Shown here piece after piece: positions 13,332 through 28,790 of a stretch of 64,000 bases of DNA. The notes beneath the pieces were generated by a model. The model was not told where the DNA came from, ran no database searches, and saw nothing but the letters and a program-made list of their open reading frames with translations. Source of the DNA: Octopus vulgaris. Its lineage: Eukaryota. Position 1 is the first letter of the stretch, and each line of letters opens with the position of its first letter. The translations under genes were made by a program, and so were the position numbers. Location of the stretch: contig OX597821.1 of the NCBI GenBank assembly GCA_951406725.2, positions 17,360,001 to 17,424,000 of the forward strand, given 5' to 3'.

Positions 13332-14368
13332 AGTTTCTATGGTGGTGTATAGAAAAATATATTAATCAATCAAGTTCCAGCCAAGTTTGATTTTCACATT
13401 TTATTATTTACAATTTTTAGAATTTTACAAAAATTATAATAATAGAATATTATATATTTACTGTGATAAAACTGGTACTTTCATGCATTATCATGCAATC
13501 ATCAAGTTTATGTAGTGATAATTTCTGTCGTGTTCTACAATAAACAACTGTAGTAAAATTATTAAATTTGTCCTTTAAATACGTTCCAATGGACTCCAGC
13601 AAGCTGAATCTTACGAACAGTATTTTGACCAATAAGTATGTGGCTTAAATGTCACGGTTTGGTGAGCGTGCCAAATAAGTTCGAACTGTATTTTGGTCCC
13701 AATGATTGGCTATCTTGCAAAGGGCCTTGGTACATCACTAAGACAGCACATTCGAAATTAGTTAATTCAAGCACAGAGAAGAGTGAATGTAGGTGCAATC
13801 CAACCACTAGGTTTCGATAAAATTTCCGTTTACCTTTTTTCAATCACAAGTAATGGGTTGCTCCAGATGTTACGCAAGAAAATCGATCTCGGACCTTCAG
13901 GTTGTGATTCGGATTTCTTATCCATTCGCTCATACTACGCCGCTGGAGGTCCCTTGCTGCATTCTCGTTAAAGTAGGATATAAGTCGCTGGTTGTCTGTA
14001 TATCAGCGGAAGTGAGATTTAGCCAGTATGCGATGTTGGAGGATGCCTATGGCTGATGAAGCCAAGAACTCGCTGAAAACACGTGATGCAACTGTTCCGC
14101 CCGCATTGCTTGACATTTCTGTGTTTTCATGCACCAAACGCCTATACGAGAGATTGATTACTGTAGTATTACGGCGTTCCTACAAGACATCCATGTTACG
14201 TAGGATACAAAAAGATGCCAGCATCTATGTGTGTGCGTGTGTGTGTGTGTGTGTGTGTACAAGGGAGAAAAGTAACACAGGAGTTGATATGTATAAGGAA
14301 AATAAGACAAGGTAGAAAATGCTACGTGTAATGTTGCCTTCGTCATTAATCTTGAGGTGTGATTATAT

Positions 14369-14413
<45 letters not shown>

Positions 14414-14620
14414 TATAACCTTTTTTATGTGAATTATACAAAATATTCTATAATTATATACATAATTATAATCAGGGGGCAGCTAATTGCTTTGCTACGT
14501 ACCGAAATTAGAAATAGACGCTAATGTCATTTCAAACTACCATAAGTATCTCCGAGACAATAACACTTTTTTTGTGTAGGCAAAAAGAAAAAAATGAAGA
14601 GTCCACAAGACTTCGATTAA

Positions 14621-14680
14621 TCACAGACGCGTTTCGAGATTAAAGTAAATTATATTTACCTATTTGTCTCCTCAGTGTGA
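14621..14680 (-). ncRNA. Type I minimal hammerhead ribozyme motif
   Basis: Minus strand: tcaca-CUGAGGA-stem II (ga..gtaaat/atttac..tc)-GAAA-cgcg-UC-tgtga; stem I tcaca/tgtga is perfect. Confidence 0.75.
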
Positions 14681-14979
14681 TATTTCGAGTTATAAATTTG
14701 CCAGTGGTAGGATTAAATGTGGACGCGATCAAGCGTCATCGCATAACTGATATTCAACCGTACTCCCAAAAATATACAGCCGAATGTGAATACATATTTA
14801 TCCTTTATACCCACGTGTGTGTTACGAACTATACCGCAGCAAACTGCAGTATCGGTCAGGGAGTAAATTTAAAATTGTAATAATAATATAGGGTAAAATT
14901 AATTAATTAATTAATCGATCAATAAATCAGTTAATTAATTAATTAATTAATTAATCTTACCTATATTATTACTATATAG

Positions 14980-15013
<34 letters not shown>

Positions 15014-15136
15014 TATATATACATACATGCATACATACATACATGCATACACACACATACACATACATACATACATACATACATACATACATACATACAT
15101 ACATACATACATACATACATACATGCCCATACAATC

Positions 15137-15392
15137 ATAGGTGTGGCTATGTGGTATAAAACATACTTCCTAACCACATGGTTCCGGGTCCAGCCTCACT
15201 GCGCAGCCAGCACTTTAGGAAAATGCCTTGTGAGTAGACATAAGCTGAATGAAGTCCGTCGAATATATTATATATTGCGGCTCGGCAAAAATGATCGACA
15301 GAATTAGTACCAGGCATTCGACTAAAAATTCTTCAAGGCGGTGCCCCATCATGGCCGCAGTCTAATGACTGAAACAAGTAAAAACAGTAAAG
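15137..15392 (+). mobile_element. Internally deleted family C SINE
   Basis: gtggctatgtggta...aaccacatggttccggg...catggccgcagtctaatgactgaaacaagtaaaa. Confidence 0.75.
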
Positions 15393-15642
15393 GATACATA
15401 TGTATGTTTTTGGTTTTACAACATTTCATTGGGAAAAGCATCTTGAGGCGTGTTTGGAACGTGTGATTAAAATTCTTAAAGTCTGAACGCTTTCGTGTGT
15501 AGCCTTTTGAACTTTTTAACCCTATTTGAAGCTTAATGTTATTCAATACTATTACTTTGTTAGAATATTCAAATTTCCGCCTGTTTGTTCCGCTCTTATG
15601 CATCTAATTACTTTGACTAAAAATTCATTTATATTACATTAC

Positions 15643-15682
<40 letters not shown>

Positions 15683-15687
<5 letters not shown>

Positions 15688-15785
15688 ACTTGCACAAGAA
15701 CACAACACAGCCCGGTCCAAGAATTGAACTTACTACCTCATGATTTATAGCCCGATGCTCTAATACCTGAGCAAAGCGTCTTCTG
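15683..15785 (-). mobile_element. SINE tRNA head (family D)
   Basis: Reverse complement gives a degenerate A/B-box head followed by gggctgtgttgtgttcttgtgcaagt. Confidence 0.6.
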
Positions 15786-15854
15786 CATGTGAGTATTTCT
15801 AAGTTATTATGGATGTATTTGTATGTGCGTGTATATTTCAGTATATATATATGC

Positions 15855-15910
<56 letters not shown>

Positions 15911-15912
<2 letters not shown>

Positions 15913-16040
15913 TTATTGCCCACAGGAGGCTAAACACAGAGGGGACAAACAAGGGCAAAAGGATTAAGTCGATTATATTGACCCCAGTGTGTAACTGGTA
16001 CTTATTTAATCGAACCCTAAAGGATGAAAGGCAAAGTCGA
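15911..16040 (-). mobile_element. 5'-truncated family A SINE in a (TA)n tract
   Basis: Reverse complement matches 533-666, including the LINE-like tail tttgtcccctctgtgtttagcc..tgtggg.aataaag. Confidence 0.85.
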
Positions 16041-16091
16041 AATGCGTCATTACAATTTACTTCCCAAAAATCGAAATTATTTATGACTCTA

Positions 16092-16217
<126 letters not shown>

Positions 16218-16230
16218 ATATATATATGCG

Positions 16231-16473
16231 TATATGGATACAAAACGTCACAAAACGTAAACAACATGCAATACGAAAACGAGCAACTTTCGAAGCCTCA
16301 TATTGTCGTTAAATGCTCAAAATGTGGAGTAGTTGGACAGCCGATAAGTAATAAACGGTCGTTCTTTATGTAACTTGTCTTGTTCTCCATTTGTTTCTCT
16401 CGTTGTCTGCATACACAACTTTGTTTTCGTATTTCATGTTGTTTACCTTTTGTGACGTCCTGTACTCATATAT
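16231..16473. mobile_element. Element with ~50-bp terminal inverted repeats in TA-rich repeat context
   Basis: tacaaaacgtcacaaaacgtaaacaacatgcaatacgaaaac vs gttttcgtatttcatgttgtttaccttttgtgacgtcctgta; the terminus gtcctgtactcatata recurs at 61775. Confidence 0.65.
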
Positions 16474-17355
16474 GAACATATATATGTATGTATGTATGTA
16501 CATATATGTATGTATATATGCATATATATATATGTGTGTATGTGTGTGTGTGTGTCTGTATCACACATACACACACGCGCGCGAGCATACGCACACATAC
16601 ACACGCACATACACACACACACATACACACACACACAGACACATATATACATACATATATATATATATATATATGAACAAGAAAATTTCCATTTCAAATT
16701 TGGAATAATCTTATCCCTGTTTGACTGTTAAGCTTTTCATTTATTTATTTATTTATTTCATCAAGTTTTTTATTTATTTTATTTATTTGTTTTGCTTCCA
16801 TTGTTTCACTTTATACTTATTTTTGTTTGTTTCATTTATTTCGTTTTACATTTTATTTTATATTTTGATTTTCCTTTGCTGCATCTGTTTGTATTTGTCT
16901 TAAATTGCTGTATAAGTTTCTACAATGTTGATATCTTTATTGTCCTCTTGTTTATGTATTTGTTTATTATTATTCCTTTTCAGTTTTCATTCCGACGCCA
17001 ACAAGGCGCTAGAACACCTCAGGAATAGAAACAACGTATCGATCTTCCCATCTGGAATGTTAAGTGATTGGGATCGATTTTTGGTTACGTATCTGTTTAT
17101 TTAGCTCGTGTTTCTCTGAAGGTTCTGATTTCTGATTGTATGTGAAAGTACGCCAGTACCTATGTGTGTGTTTACGGGCGCTTGTTTGCATTTATGTGAT
17201 TGCTTGATTATATATGTATATCTATATGTATAGATGTGTGTGTTTGTGCATGTGTATGTATGTGCATATAAATATATACATATATATGGATATATATGCA
17301 TATATATATAAATGCAAGTATATGTATGTACATACATATAGATATATACATATTC

Positions 17356-17448
<93 letters not shown>

Positions 17449-17604
17449 TACATATATGTGTGCATGTGTTTATAAGTGTGTGCGTTTATACATATATATA
17501 TATATATACACGTATCATTATATATAGATATTTATATGTATATATATACGCATATATATATATATGTATATTTGTGTATATATATATATGTATATTTGTG
17601 TATA

Positions 17605-17664
<60 letters not shown>

Positions 17665-17976
17665 TGCTTTTGTTTTTTATTTATTTATCTCCCTACACGT
17701 TGCTTAAGGTCAAAAAGCAGACTTGATCATGGACAAACAGATACGGATGCAGGGTAGCATTGATAGGTGAGTAGAGGAGTATACATACGGTTTCGATAGA
17801 TAGCTGATATACATGTGTGTGCGTGTGCATGTGTGTGTGTACAAAAATATACATAGATATGTACTTATACATATAGTTACAGAAACACACATACTTATAC
17901 GAGGATGATGAAAATACACCTTAAGCATTTAAAAGGTGCATAGTAAAAACTTTCTTAGGAGACATTTCACTCATTA

Positions 17977-18012
<36 letters not shown>

Positions 18013-18087
18013 CATCTATGTATCTATCTATCTACCTGACTATCCATCTATTTATCTATCAATTTATCTATCTATTAGATATGTATG

Positions 18088-18147
<60 letters not shown>

Positions 18148-18259
18148 AGTGTGTGTGTGTGTATACTGTATATAGATATATATATATATATTGTATTTAT
18201 TTTTCAGTCTATCTCTCTATCTATCTGTCTGTTTATCTATATGTGTATGTTTGTGTATG

Positions 18260-18305
<46 letters not shown>

Positions 18306-18622
18306 TGTATGTATGTATGTATGTATGTACGTACGTATGTATGTATGTATGTATGTATGTATGTATGTATGTATGTATGTATGTATGTATGTATGTATGT
18401 ATGTATGCAAGCATGTTTGTAGGTTCGTATGTATTTATGTATATTTGTATGTTTACATGCATGTATGTATATGTTTCTATGTATACTTCAAAAATGTATT
18501 TCTGTACAGGCATGGTTCTGCCAAAGACCTCATTAATAGAAAATTTTAGAAAGCTAAAAATTAACATAACTTTATATAGACTGAGTAAAAACAATCCAAG
18601 GCAAATATATTACGATAAACAT

Positions 18623-18790
18623 ATAGGCGTAGGAGTGGCTGTGTGGTAAGTAGCTTGTTTACCAACCACATGGTTCCGAGTTCAGTCCCACTGCGTGGCA
18701 CCTTGGGCAAGTGTCTTCTACTATAGCCTCGGGCCGACCAAAGCCTTGTGAGTGGATTTGGTAGGCGGAAACTGAAAAGAAGCCCGCGTA

Positions 18791-18856
<66 letters not shown>

Positions 18857-19084
18857 TGTGTGTGTTTGTGTGTCTGTGTTTGTCCCCGTAGCATTGCTTG
18901 ACAACCAATGCTGGTGTGTTTATGTCCCCGTCACTTAGCGGTTCGGCAAAAGAGACCGATAGAATAAGTACTGGGCTTACAAAAGAATAAGTCCCGGGGT
19001 CGAGTTGCTCGATTAAAAATGATGCTCCAGCATGGCCGCAGTCAAATGACTGAAACAAGTAAAAGAGTAAAAGAGTAAAAGAGT
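18623..19084 (+). mobile_element. Full-length family C SINE (tRNA head, CORE-like segment, internal (TA)n(TG)n, (GAGTAAAA)n tail)
   Basis: tggctgtgtggtaag A-box, gagttcagtccc B-box-like, ccttgggcaagtgtctt; about 10 copies in the window. Confidence 0.9.
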
Positions 19085-19188
19085 ATATATTAAATACCCT
19101 TGGATGTAATCGTGCCTCGGGTATATAGCGTTACTTTATCTAAATATATTTGCCTCAAGTTGTCTTCAGTTGGGAAGACATGTCAGTA

Positions 19189-20415
19189 CGAGGGGCGTTC
19201 AATAAGTAATGCCCCTGACCCACTTCCCATAGGAGTAGAGTAACGAAACTTGGCACAGTTATTAGTCTTTTTCTACATAGCAACCATCCAGAGTTACGCA
19301 TTTCTCCCATTGTTTGATGCAGCTCTGGAGACCGTTTTTGTAGAAGACCCCAGCTTGGTCCTCCAACCTGAACGTGACTTCAGAAATCAAGGCTGCATCA
19401 TCTGGGAAACGCTTTCCTTTCAAAAACAACTTCATGACTGGGAAGAGGTGAAAATCAGAGGGTGCAAGGTCAGGAAAGTAGGGGGATGGGGGAGGAGTTC
19501 ATAGCCATACGCCTGTGCTTCTGATCTGGCGACAAGCGAGTTGTGAACCGGAGCGTTGTCCTGCAGGAGGAGGATGCCTTTGCTGATCTTGCCCCGCCTC
19601 TTGATTTTGATAACTTCTCTTAATTTCCTCAAAAGTGAAACATAATAGGCTCCTGCAATTGTGGTACCCTTTGCCAGGAAATCTGTCATCACTACTCCGT
19701 CCTGGTCCCAGAAGACTGTGAGCATGACCTTGCCAGCGGAGGGCTGCACCCTTGCCTTCTTTGGAGGGGGTGAGTCACGGTGCTTCCACTGCATTGACTG
19801 GGCTTTGGTCTCTGGATCATCGTGATGGACCCAGGTTTCATCCTGTGTAATCAGTCTTTTGAAAAATTTTGACTCATCTTCTTGGCACATCTCCAAATTC
19901 ACCCTCGAGCACTCGACGCGTTCTTGCTTCTGGAAAGGCGTGAGCAACCTGGGAATCCATCTGGCAGACACCTTTTGCATATGCAAATGGTCATGAATGA
20001 TAGTTTTCACAGACCTGGTACTAATCTTGACCTCATGGGCTATTTGGCGAATAATTATGCGTCGGTCTTCCAAAATGGCAGCCTCAACTTGACGGACAGA
20101 TTCCTCATCAATGGCAGAAGGGGCGACCAGATCTGAGAGCTGTTTCCACAGAGTTCTGACCATGTTTGAATTCACGATGCCAGCGTTTTACAAGGTCATA
20201 TGATGGGGCATCATCACCATAAGTTACTTTCATTTCATCAAAAGTCTCCCGTGGTGTGCGTCCTTTCAAATACAAAATCCGGATCACTGCTCGACACTCA
20301 ACATGCTCCATTTCACACTTGACTCGGTTCAAACACCTGTAAATCAGAAACCACAATTTCAGCTAGATCAAACAACTGCAAGTGGGTCAGAGGCATTACT
20401 TATTGACGTCTCTCG
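19189..20415 (-). mobile_element. Mariner transposon (irritans-like), full length, TA TSD
   Basis: TIRs cgaggggcgttcaataagtaatgcccctgacccactt / aagtgggtcagaggcattacttattgacgtctctcg, each flanked by TA. Confidence 0.92.
19262..20311 (-). pseudogene. Mariner DD34D transposase with frameshifts
   Basis: MEHVECRAVIRILYLKG HTH; WIPRLL, TQDETWVHH, LQDNAPVH, PDLAPSDF motifs split across frames. Confidence 0.9.
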
Positions 20416-20480
20416 TATTTGTGAGCAGACGTGTGTACGTGTATTTCAGAGTATAGACAGATAGAGAGAGAGAGGGGGGG

Positions 20481-20551
<71 letters not shown>

Positions 20552-20662
20552 GATAGATGAACAGACAGACAGACTTTTAAAAATATTGCACCATCAGTAA
20601 AGAAAGTTATGGAAGAGACACTAGAACGGTTAACGACACAGACAAAAATGTGTGTGGGGGGG

Positions 20663-20724
<62 letters not shown>

Positions 20725-20799
20725 TATGTGTGTCCATGTGTGTACACCTATGTATATAATATATATGTACATATGTATATACACATATATATGCTTATA

Positions 20800-20851
<52 letters not shown>

Positions 20852-20933
20852 CATGCATGTATATGTATCTATGTATGTATATATATACATATATGTGTAT
20901 GTATGTATGCATGTATATACATATATATGTATG

Positions 20934-20995
<62 letters not shown>

Positions 20996-21357
20996 CATGT
21001 ATGTATGTATGTATGTATGTATGTATGTATGTATGTATGTTTGTATCTAGCTAGCTATCTAAATTTATACTCAGATACGTACACACTTATCTTGGTGTTG
21101 TGTGCGTCTAATTGCAATAGCTAGCAATATTTATTTCAAAAAAAGAAAATTATAACAAAATAAAATCTTTCAAAGTTCACAAGTTTTCCATATTTATTTC
21201 TATAAAACATCGATGTTTTTCATTTCGTATCGATGGTTATGAGCGTTATATTTTTTGGTATACAATTCCTGTTACTTTGTTCTTTTCATTCGAAATATTT
21301 TGCATTTATGTTTTAAGAGTTATTTTCAATGATTTTTTTTCTTTGTGTGTGTGTGTT

Positions 21358-21407
<50 letters not shown>

Positions 21408-21418
21408 TGTGTGTCTGT

Positions 21419-21457
<39 letters not shown>

Positions 21458-21547
21458 CGCGTGCGTGTATGTTATCTCAATTTCTTTCAATTTCTTGTTA
21501 GAGATATCTCTGAATAATGTGATAGATACACACATACGCACAAACAC

Positions 21548-21659
<112 letters not shown>

Positions 21660-21998
21660 GTATATTTACTAATAAATATACATATATTCTGGTACAAACA
21701 CGGATACTCACACGTAGATGCATGCAAACACGTATACACATGAAGACAGAAATGTGGAGACCGATTTGGGTAAACATTTTACGGTTATTTCTAACAGATA
21801 GTCCGTTTACATAGATGTCCCTCATACATCTCCATTGTCCTTGTCTTGTAAAAAAAAAAACGTAATTGCTATATTAGGTAATGTATATAGTCCAAAATGT
21901 ACAAAAAGGTGAGATTTAACAGCTGGAGCGCTTTCTTGATGATACACAGAACAAAATATAAATTTAGTAGTTGTATATAAATTTAGTAGTTGTATTAC

Positions 21999-22280
21999 CC
22001 AGTGTTTAGGGTAGCGGACTCGTGGTCGGAGGATCGCGGTTTCGATTCCCAGACCGGGCGTTGTGAGTGTTTATTGAGCGAAAACACCTAAAAGCTTCAC
22101 GAGGCTCCTGCAGGGGTGGTGGCGACCCCTGTTGTACTCTTTCGTCACAACTTTCTCTCGCTCTCTCTTCCTGTTTTTTTAGTAACGCTACGATGGCCTG
22201 GCGTCCCGTCCAGCTGGGGGGAATGCATACGCCACAGAAACCGGGAAACAGGGCCCATGAGTCTGGCTAGGCTTTAAAAG
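21999..22280 (+). mobile_element. Family B SINE (tail variant 2)
   Basis: Head and body match 1916-2100; tail matches 1-60 and 60550-60600. Confidence 0.85.
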
Positions 22281-22499
22281 GTCGACGTTTATCGTTTCAT
22301 TAGCACGGCAGATAGGAATAAAAGAGTATGTGTTCAATAAACGAGTAGAATAAAAATTGATGTGTGAGTGCGTGGAGAAAACAAAAACGAGAGGGACGAC
22401 GGAAAGAAGTTGTAAGATCACCTGCACGATTCGAACGCAGCGTCTGCTGACAACCGTATATCTGTGACAACCACTACACCAAAGTGACATCATATGGAT

Positions 22500-22834
22500 G
22501 GAAGCACTCCGTCGGTTACGACGACGAGGGTTCCGGTTGATCCGATCAACGGAACAGCCTGCTCGTGAAATTAACGTGTAAGTGGCTGAGCACTCCACAG
22601 ACACGTGTACCCTTAACGTAGTTCTCGGGGATATTCAGAGGGATACACAGAGAGTGACAAGGCCGGCCCTTTGAAATACAGGTACAACAGAAACAGGAAG
22701 TAAGAGTGAGAGAATGTTGTGGTGACAGAGTACAGCAGGGATCACCACAATCACAACGCCCGGTCTGGGAATCGAAACCGCGATCCTACGACCGCGAGTC
22801 CGCTGCCCTAACCACTGGGCCATTGCGCCTCCAC
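22500..22834 (-). mobile_element. Family B SINE (tail variant 3)
   Basis: Reverse complement starts agtggaggcgcaatggcccagtggttagggcagcggactcgcgg; 3' part differs from the other copies. Confidence 0.85.
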
Positions 22835-23740
22835 TAACATCATATGCTTGTTCGTACAAAGAAGACTTGACCTAACCTAATTTGCTTCACTGATCTTGAA
22901 ATGAGTAATTTTTCAGCTCAAGAAGTCACTCCATGGATTTATTTACTTGTTCAAGATTGATTCTCAACCTATGAATTATCTCTCTGGTTCTAACGCTTTG
23001 AAATTCTTTTAACAGCATTATATTTTACGCCAGTATTTTGACATAAGCTCTTGTATTTTTTATTTAGGAGTTGTAAGGAGCTTGTAATTTAATGAAGATT
23101 TGACTCCCTGAACCTCAAAGCTATGGAAAAGGCTTAGAAGTGAAGCTTATTTTCAGAAGTAGGAGATCAATGGAGTTTCGTTTAATCATATATCTGGCCA
23201 TATCTTGGTCTTTCATTTTCAGTTCGGTAAACTGATATCATTGGGTTTATCAAAGAATCAGATGCGTCAACAATAGCAATTCAGGAACCCTCTGGTTATT
23301 TCCACTTTCAGTCAGATTTGTCTTTGATTTCTAATTTTCTCACGCCAACTGATTTGATCTTTATCTTTCTTAAACAGGTCATCTGTTGCTCGGTATAACG
23401 GTGTGATGTTTCTCAATACTTCACAGTTTACAAGGCATGCCAGCAAAATGTTGTTCTCCTGTGAGACTGATATAAAATCCTCGGAGAAAATTGATTCTCT
23501 TCCTTTTCACTCTGTTTTATTAGAATGTATGTATATTGTCTTGACTAAAATGTTTCTTAACTTGCTCGATAGCATCTACTTGGAGGTGTTGTGAGCGCAC
23601 GAGGGGTGAAAAACGTCAAGGGACGGTCTAGGGGATTTGACTGTTTAGTCATCATTTTTCTTAGAAATAAAATACTTAAACTTGATACACCGGTTATATT
23701 TTAAACGGATTTTCAGTAAACTGTTTTGAGATTAATTTAT

Positions 23741-24146
23741 GAGGAATGGCTGTGTGGTAAGTAGCTTGCTTACCAGCCACGTGGTTCCGGGTTCAGTCCC
23801 ACTGCGTGACACCTTGGGCAAGTGCCTTCTACTATAGCCGCGGGCCGACCAAAGCCTTGTGAGTGGTATTGGTAGACGGAAACTGAAAGGAGCCCGTCGT
23901 ATATGTGTATATATATATATATGTTTGTGTGTGTAAATGTTTGTGTGTCTGTGTTTGTCCCCTTAGCATCGCTTGACAACCGATGTTGGTGCGTTTACGT
24001 CCCCGTGACTAAGCGGTTCGGCATAAGAGACCAATAGAATAAGTACTAGGCTTACAAAGAATAAGTCCTGAGGTCGATTTGTTCGACTAACGGTGGTACT
24101 CCAGCATGGCCGCAGTCAAATGACTGAAACAAGTAAAAGAGTAAAA
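23741..24146 (+). mobile_element. Family C SINE
   Basis: Aligns along its length to 18623-19084. Confidence 0.9.
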
Positions 24147-25062
24147 GTGTAAGAGATTGTATTATCAACTGGCAAAAAAAATGACTGATGAAGCATAAAG
24201 GTTCAAAATAATTTCTTTTTAGAAGTCCTCGCACTTTTTAGTACACTTCATAACAGTTTCAACTCAGAAGACATTAATCCATGCACATATTGTGTTTTGT
24301 TTTTTTAAAGAGCATATACTGTATGGGAGAGAATTAAAAAAGAAACTGAAATAAACCACCGTGCAAATCAGCTTGTTTGATAAACATAGACAATGTTTCT
24401 TTTGCTTCTTTTGGGGTTTTTTCTGTAAATCATCGGAAGAAGGCTTTTGTTAAACGACATGCAGTGATAAGATAAACTGCAAAAAAAGGTGATAACCACA
24501 GGTTTACATCTCACATAGCAGCTGTTTTGTATTATTTACAAACATTGACGTATATTACAGTACTGTGGATTTATATGTATAAATTTACAACTTTACAAGC
24601 AGCAGCAATGCCTTCATATGATGCATACAAAAAGATGGCTGTATTTTGGACCCAGCATACTTAGATACAACAGAGACATCTATGGATGATGTTCTTATAC
24701 AATCGTCATATTATAAAGCCATCATACTCAAATAGTCTGAATGATTACCACAACGACTACCATCACTTGAAATATTCTCTAACCTACCTTTTCTGTCGAT
24801 TTTCTTCCAGCTCTTTCATTCACACTTACCTACTTAGTGTAATCAATCAGTCATCACATCAATCAATCAAACAGTTAATGACCACTTACATTAAACGCTC
24901 GTTCGGTTGTTTTCAACCATAGTCTATAACTCGCACCCAACACCAACACCGCTCCTATTTCTCTTTGTAAATCATTGGCATGCTCCTACATAAAACGCTT
25001 TCTCTCCCTCTCTCTCCTTCTTTTTCTCTCTCTCTCTCTCTCACCATATATATATACATATA

Positions 25063-25094
<32 letters not shown>

Positions 25095-25383
25095 GATCAC
25101 CCTCTGTCAAGTACACACAAACTCACATCGACCGATACGTTAATGTGTTTGAGGTTTGGTACGTTTGGCGTTGATGTCATTGGAATTCTAATCAAGATAT
25201 GTTGTTTAATTCGCCTCTGCGATAAATATTCCACATTTGCAGACATATCAATACTAGCTTTCATTATCGAAACAGTTAAGTGAAGATAATATATAAATGA
25301 TGTGTGTGTGTATGTGTGTGTGTATGTGTATGTGTACAAGCACACACAAACACATGTATATTTGTGTGTTTATATATATATAA

Positions 25384-25448
<65 letters not shown>

Positions 25449-27549
25449 TGTGTGTGTAAATATGCATATGTCTATGTAGATGTATGCTTGTATATATTAG
25501 AGCTGAGAATTTACATGAACGACTCAAAAACCAAGTGTTTCGTGCGTACACACTTGTCAAGCTTAGTGGCTTAGAAAACTCAATTCCCAATACTCCTGTT
25601 GGGAATTCCTATGAATACATGTCCGGTCTCTTCATTAGGCTTTCTCTGGGAGTAATGTTATAATTTATTAAGGTCTAATATAATGTCCAGAAGTTCACTG
25701 TAGTTATTTGGATTACAGCAGCATTGATGTTTAGGCTAAATCTGTTGAATATCTTTAGTTTTTTTTCTAACTCTATCCATAACGTAACCGTTCTTAATAA
25801 TTGAAAATGCCAGACTTTCGTCTTTGTATCAACCCAAGTTGAGGTGAAAACGCTTCTTGAAAGTATCCGGGATAAATAATCGAATAGTATCCGAAGACTC
25901 TGCTCCTTCTTAAAACCTCATTGAAATGTCGAGTAATGGGTCATCTTTTTTGACCCAGGAGGAATCGCCATTACAAAACAGTGACTTCCTAACGTCCGTG
26001 ACTATTCTAATGCCATGTGCACTTATCTAAGTTAATCGCCTCCCGAAGCATAGGGATTTCAAGAGGGGTCTTTTCGTTAAGGAAGTATATGAAGCTATTT
26101 AGATATAGAAACCCGTTTAATTTATCCTTTAAATATCCTATAGCTCAGAACGTTTTATTGCATGTGGAGATATTATAATTATCCTCTTGCATCACAATTT
26201 TCGATACACGACTGTATTAGATTGTTTCAAGGCTGACTGGACTTATATAGACACTTAAGTTTACAAGTCCAATACATGCAGTTACAGTAGAATGTCGTGG
26301 CCAAAGACATTTTCTTTTTTGTTTTATTCCTTTTCAGCAAACAGATTCTATTAATTTTCCAACAAAACAGATGCAACCGTGTGCATTTGACAATGTTTAG
26401 ATGTGCTTCTATCGATATAGTTGTAAATTCATACGGATATATGTACATTATAACAAGTATATATTTTAAGAGTTATCATATATCACAGTTTGCATATTTG
26501 GCTTAGGTCATGCGTGTAACCCAAACTATTGTAATAATCTGGAAAATGCTTGATTATAAGGCTGAAATGTGTTAATGATAGGAGGGAGATCTTGAACAAA
26601 TCGACCGTGTCTTCAGAATATTGTTAAAGCAACAATTATACTAAATGTCTCTTTAACTAATACGATAACAACTAGAACCTTTCCAGACCAGGCTCTCTAA
26701 TTGTTAAGAATGTAATTTATTGCTTTGTCGTTGGAAACTAATGTTAAATAAAATATATTGTATTCGTCTCAATCACTACAAGCCTCTATATAATCAGAGC
26801 AAATATTCAGAGCTTCATCTTCACTACTGGCAGTTAGGAATCTTCTGATCTAAGACTGCCCCAACACTAAGTGCAAACTCTCACGGAACAATTTTCAGTT
26901 ATTTGTTAAGATCTTTTGTGCTTTGATTATGATGACATTTAATATGAACCATCTCAGTAATCAAATATGATTGCAACTGGTAATCAGATATCCGAAGCAT
27001 GTAAGATTTCTCACCCTTTTAATCTTCGCTTTCTGTGAAAGTTGGGTATAACAATTTATGATGCTTCTATATAAAGTGTGCGTGTTGCCATTCTAAATGA
27101 AAATTAAACGTGATAACTTTGAACTTTGACTCTAGATGAGCCTTTTAGCATTTTCAGATAATGAATTCTTCAATCAAAAATTATTTTAAATGAAATCAGG
27201 CGCTAAAATTTATCCAAGCATAATTGTGTGTGAATGATGAAATGTAGTGGAGCATCTATGCAGATAAGGCGTTCACCAGATACAACGGATAGCTTGTTTT
27301 AGTTGTCAGCAGCCTGTACAGCGGAAGACGACAAAAGGTTGTAGTTTGCATGCGTAGATTATTATACACCGTGTATAATTTTGTAGATAGCTATTTTTGA
27401 ATATCCATATCTCGACTGTAAATTTACGTATAGATGTCAAACTGAAAATAACTTAGATTCAGCATCTGATGTTAATAATGAAAAATGAAGGATAATATGG
27501 ACACACAAACACTCACACACACACACACACACACATACAGAGAGAAAAC

Positions 27550-28412
<863 letters not shown>

Positions 28413-28717
28413 GTCATCTGTGATATATATGAAAGGTCAAACAGCCACTAGAGGTCGATCAGATATGCATTCAGTTATCTCAGAATTACATCTTAGTCTT
28501 CGTTTTCTGAATAAGTGAAGTTCTAAAGCTTATCATTCTTTTCTTCTTTCATTTTCTTTTTTCATTCCAGAGAAATTATTGCTGGAATTTGGTGATCTTG
28601 GAAGCTTCTGTATTTCTTAATCGAATAAAATGTTGCAATTCGTAATTTCTAACATTTCCAATAGAACTGAAATAGGAAATATTCCTCCAATCACACAAAT
28701 TCATATACCATAAATAT

Positions 28718-28782
<65 letters not shown>

Positions 28783-28790
<8 letters not shown>

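Noticed and set aside
13850-14200. GC-richer segment as an exon or LINE 5' region
   Set aside because: No ORF with recognisable motifs and no second copy in the window
25600-27060. Ancient LINE remnant on the minus strand
   Set aside because: Only a faint motif (KRVRNLTCFGYLI); too decayed to support
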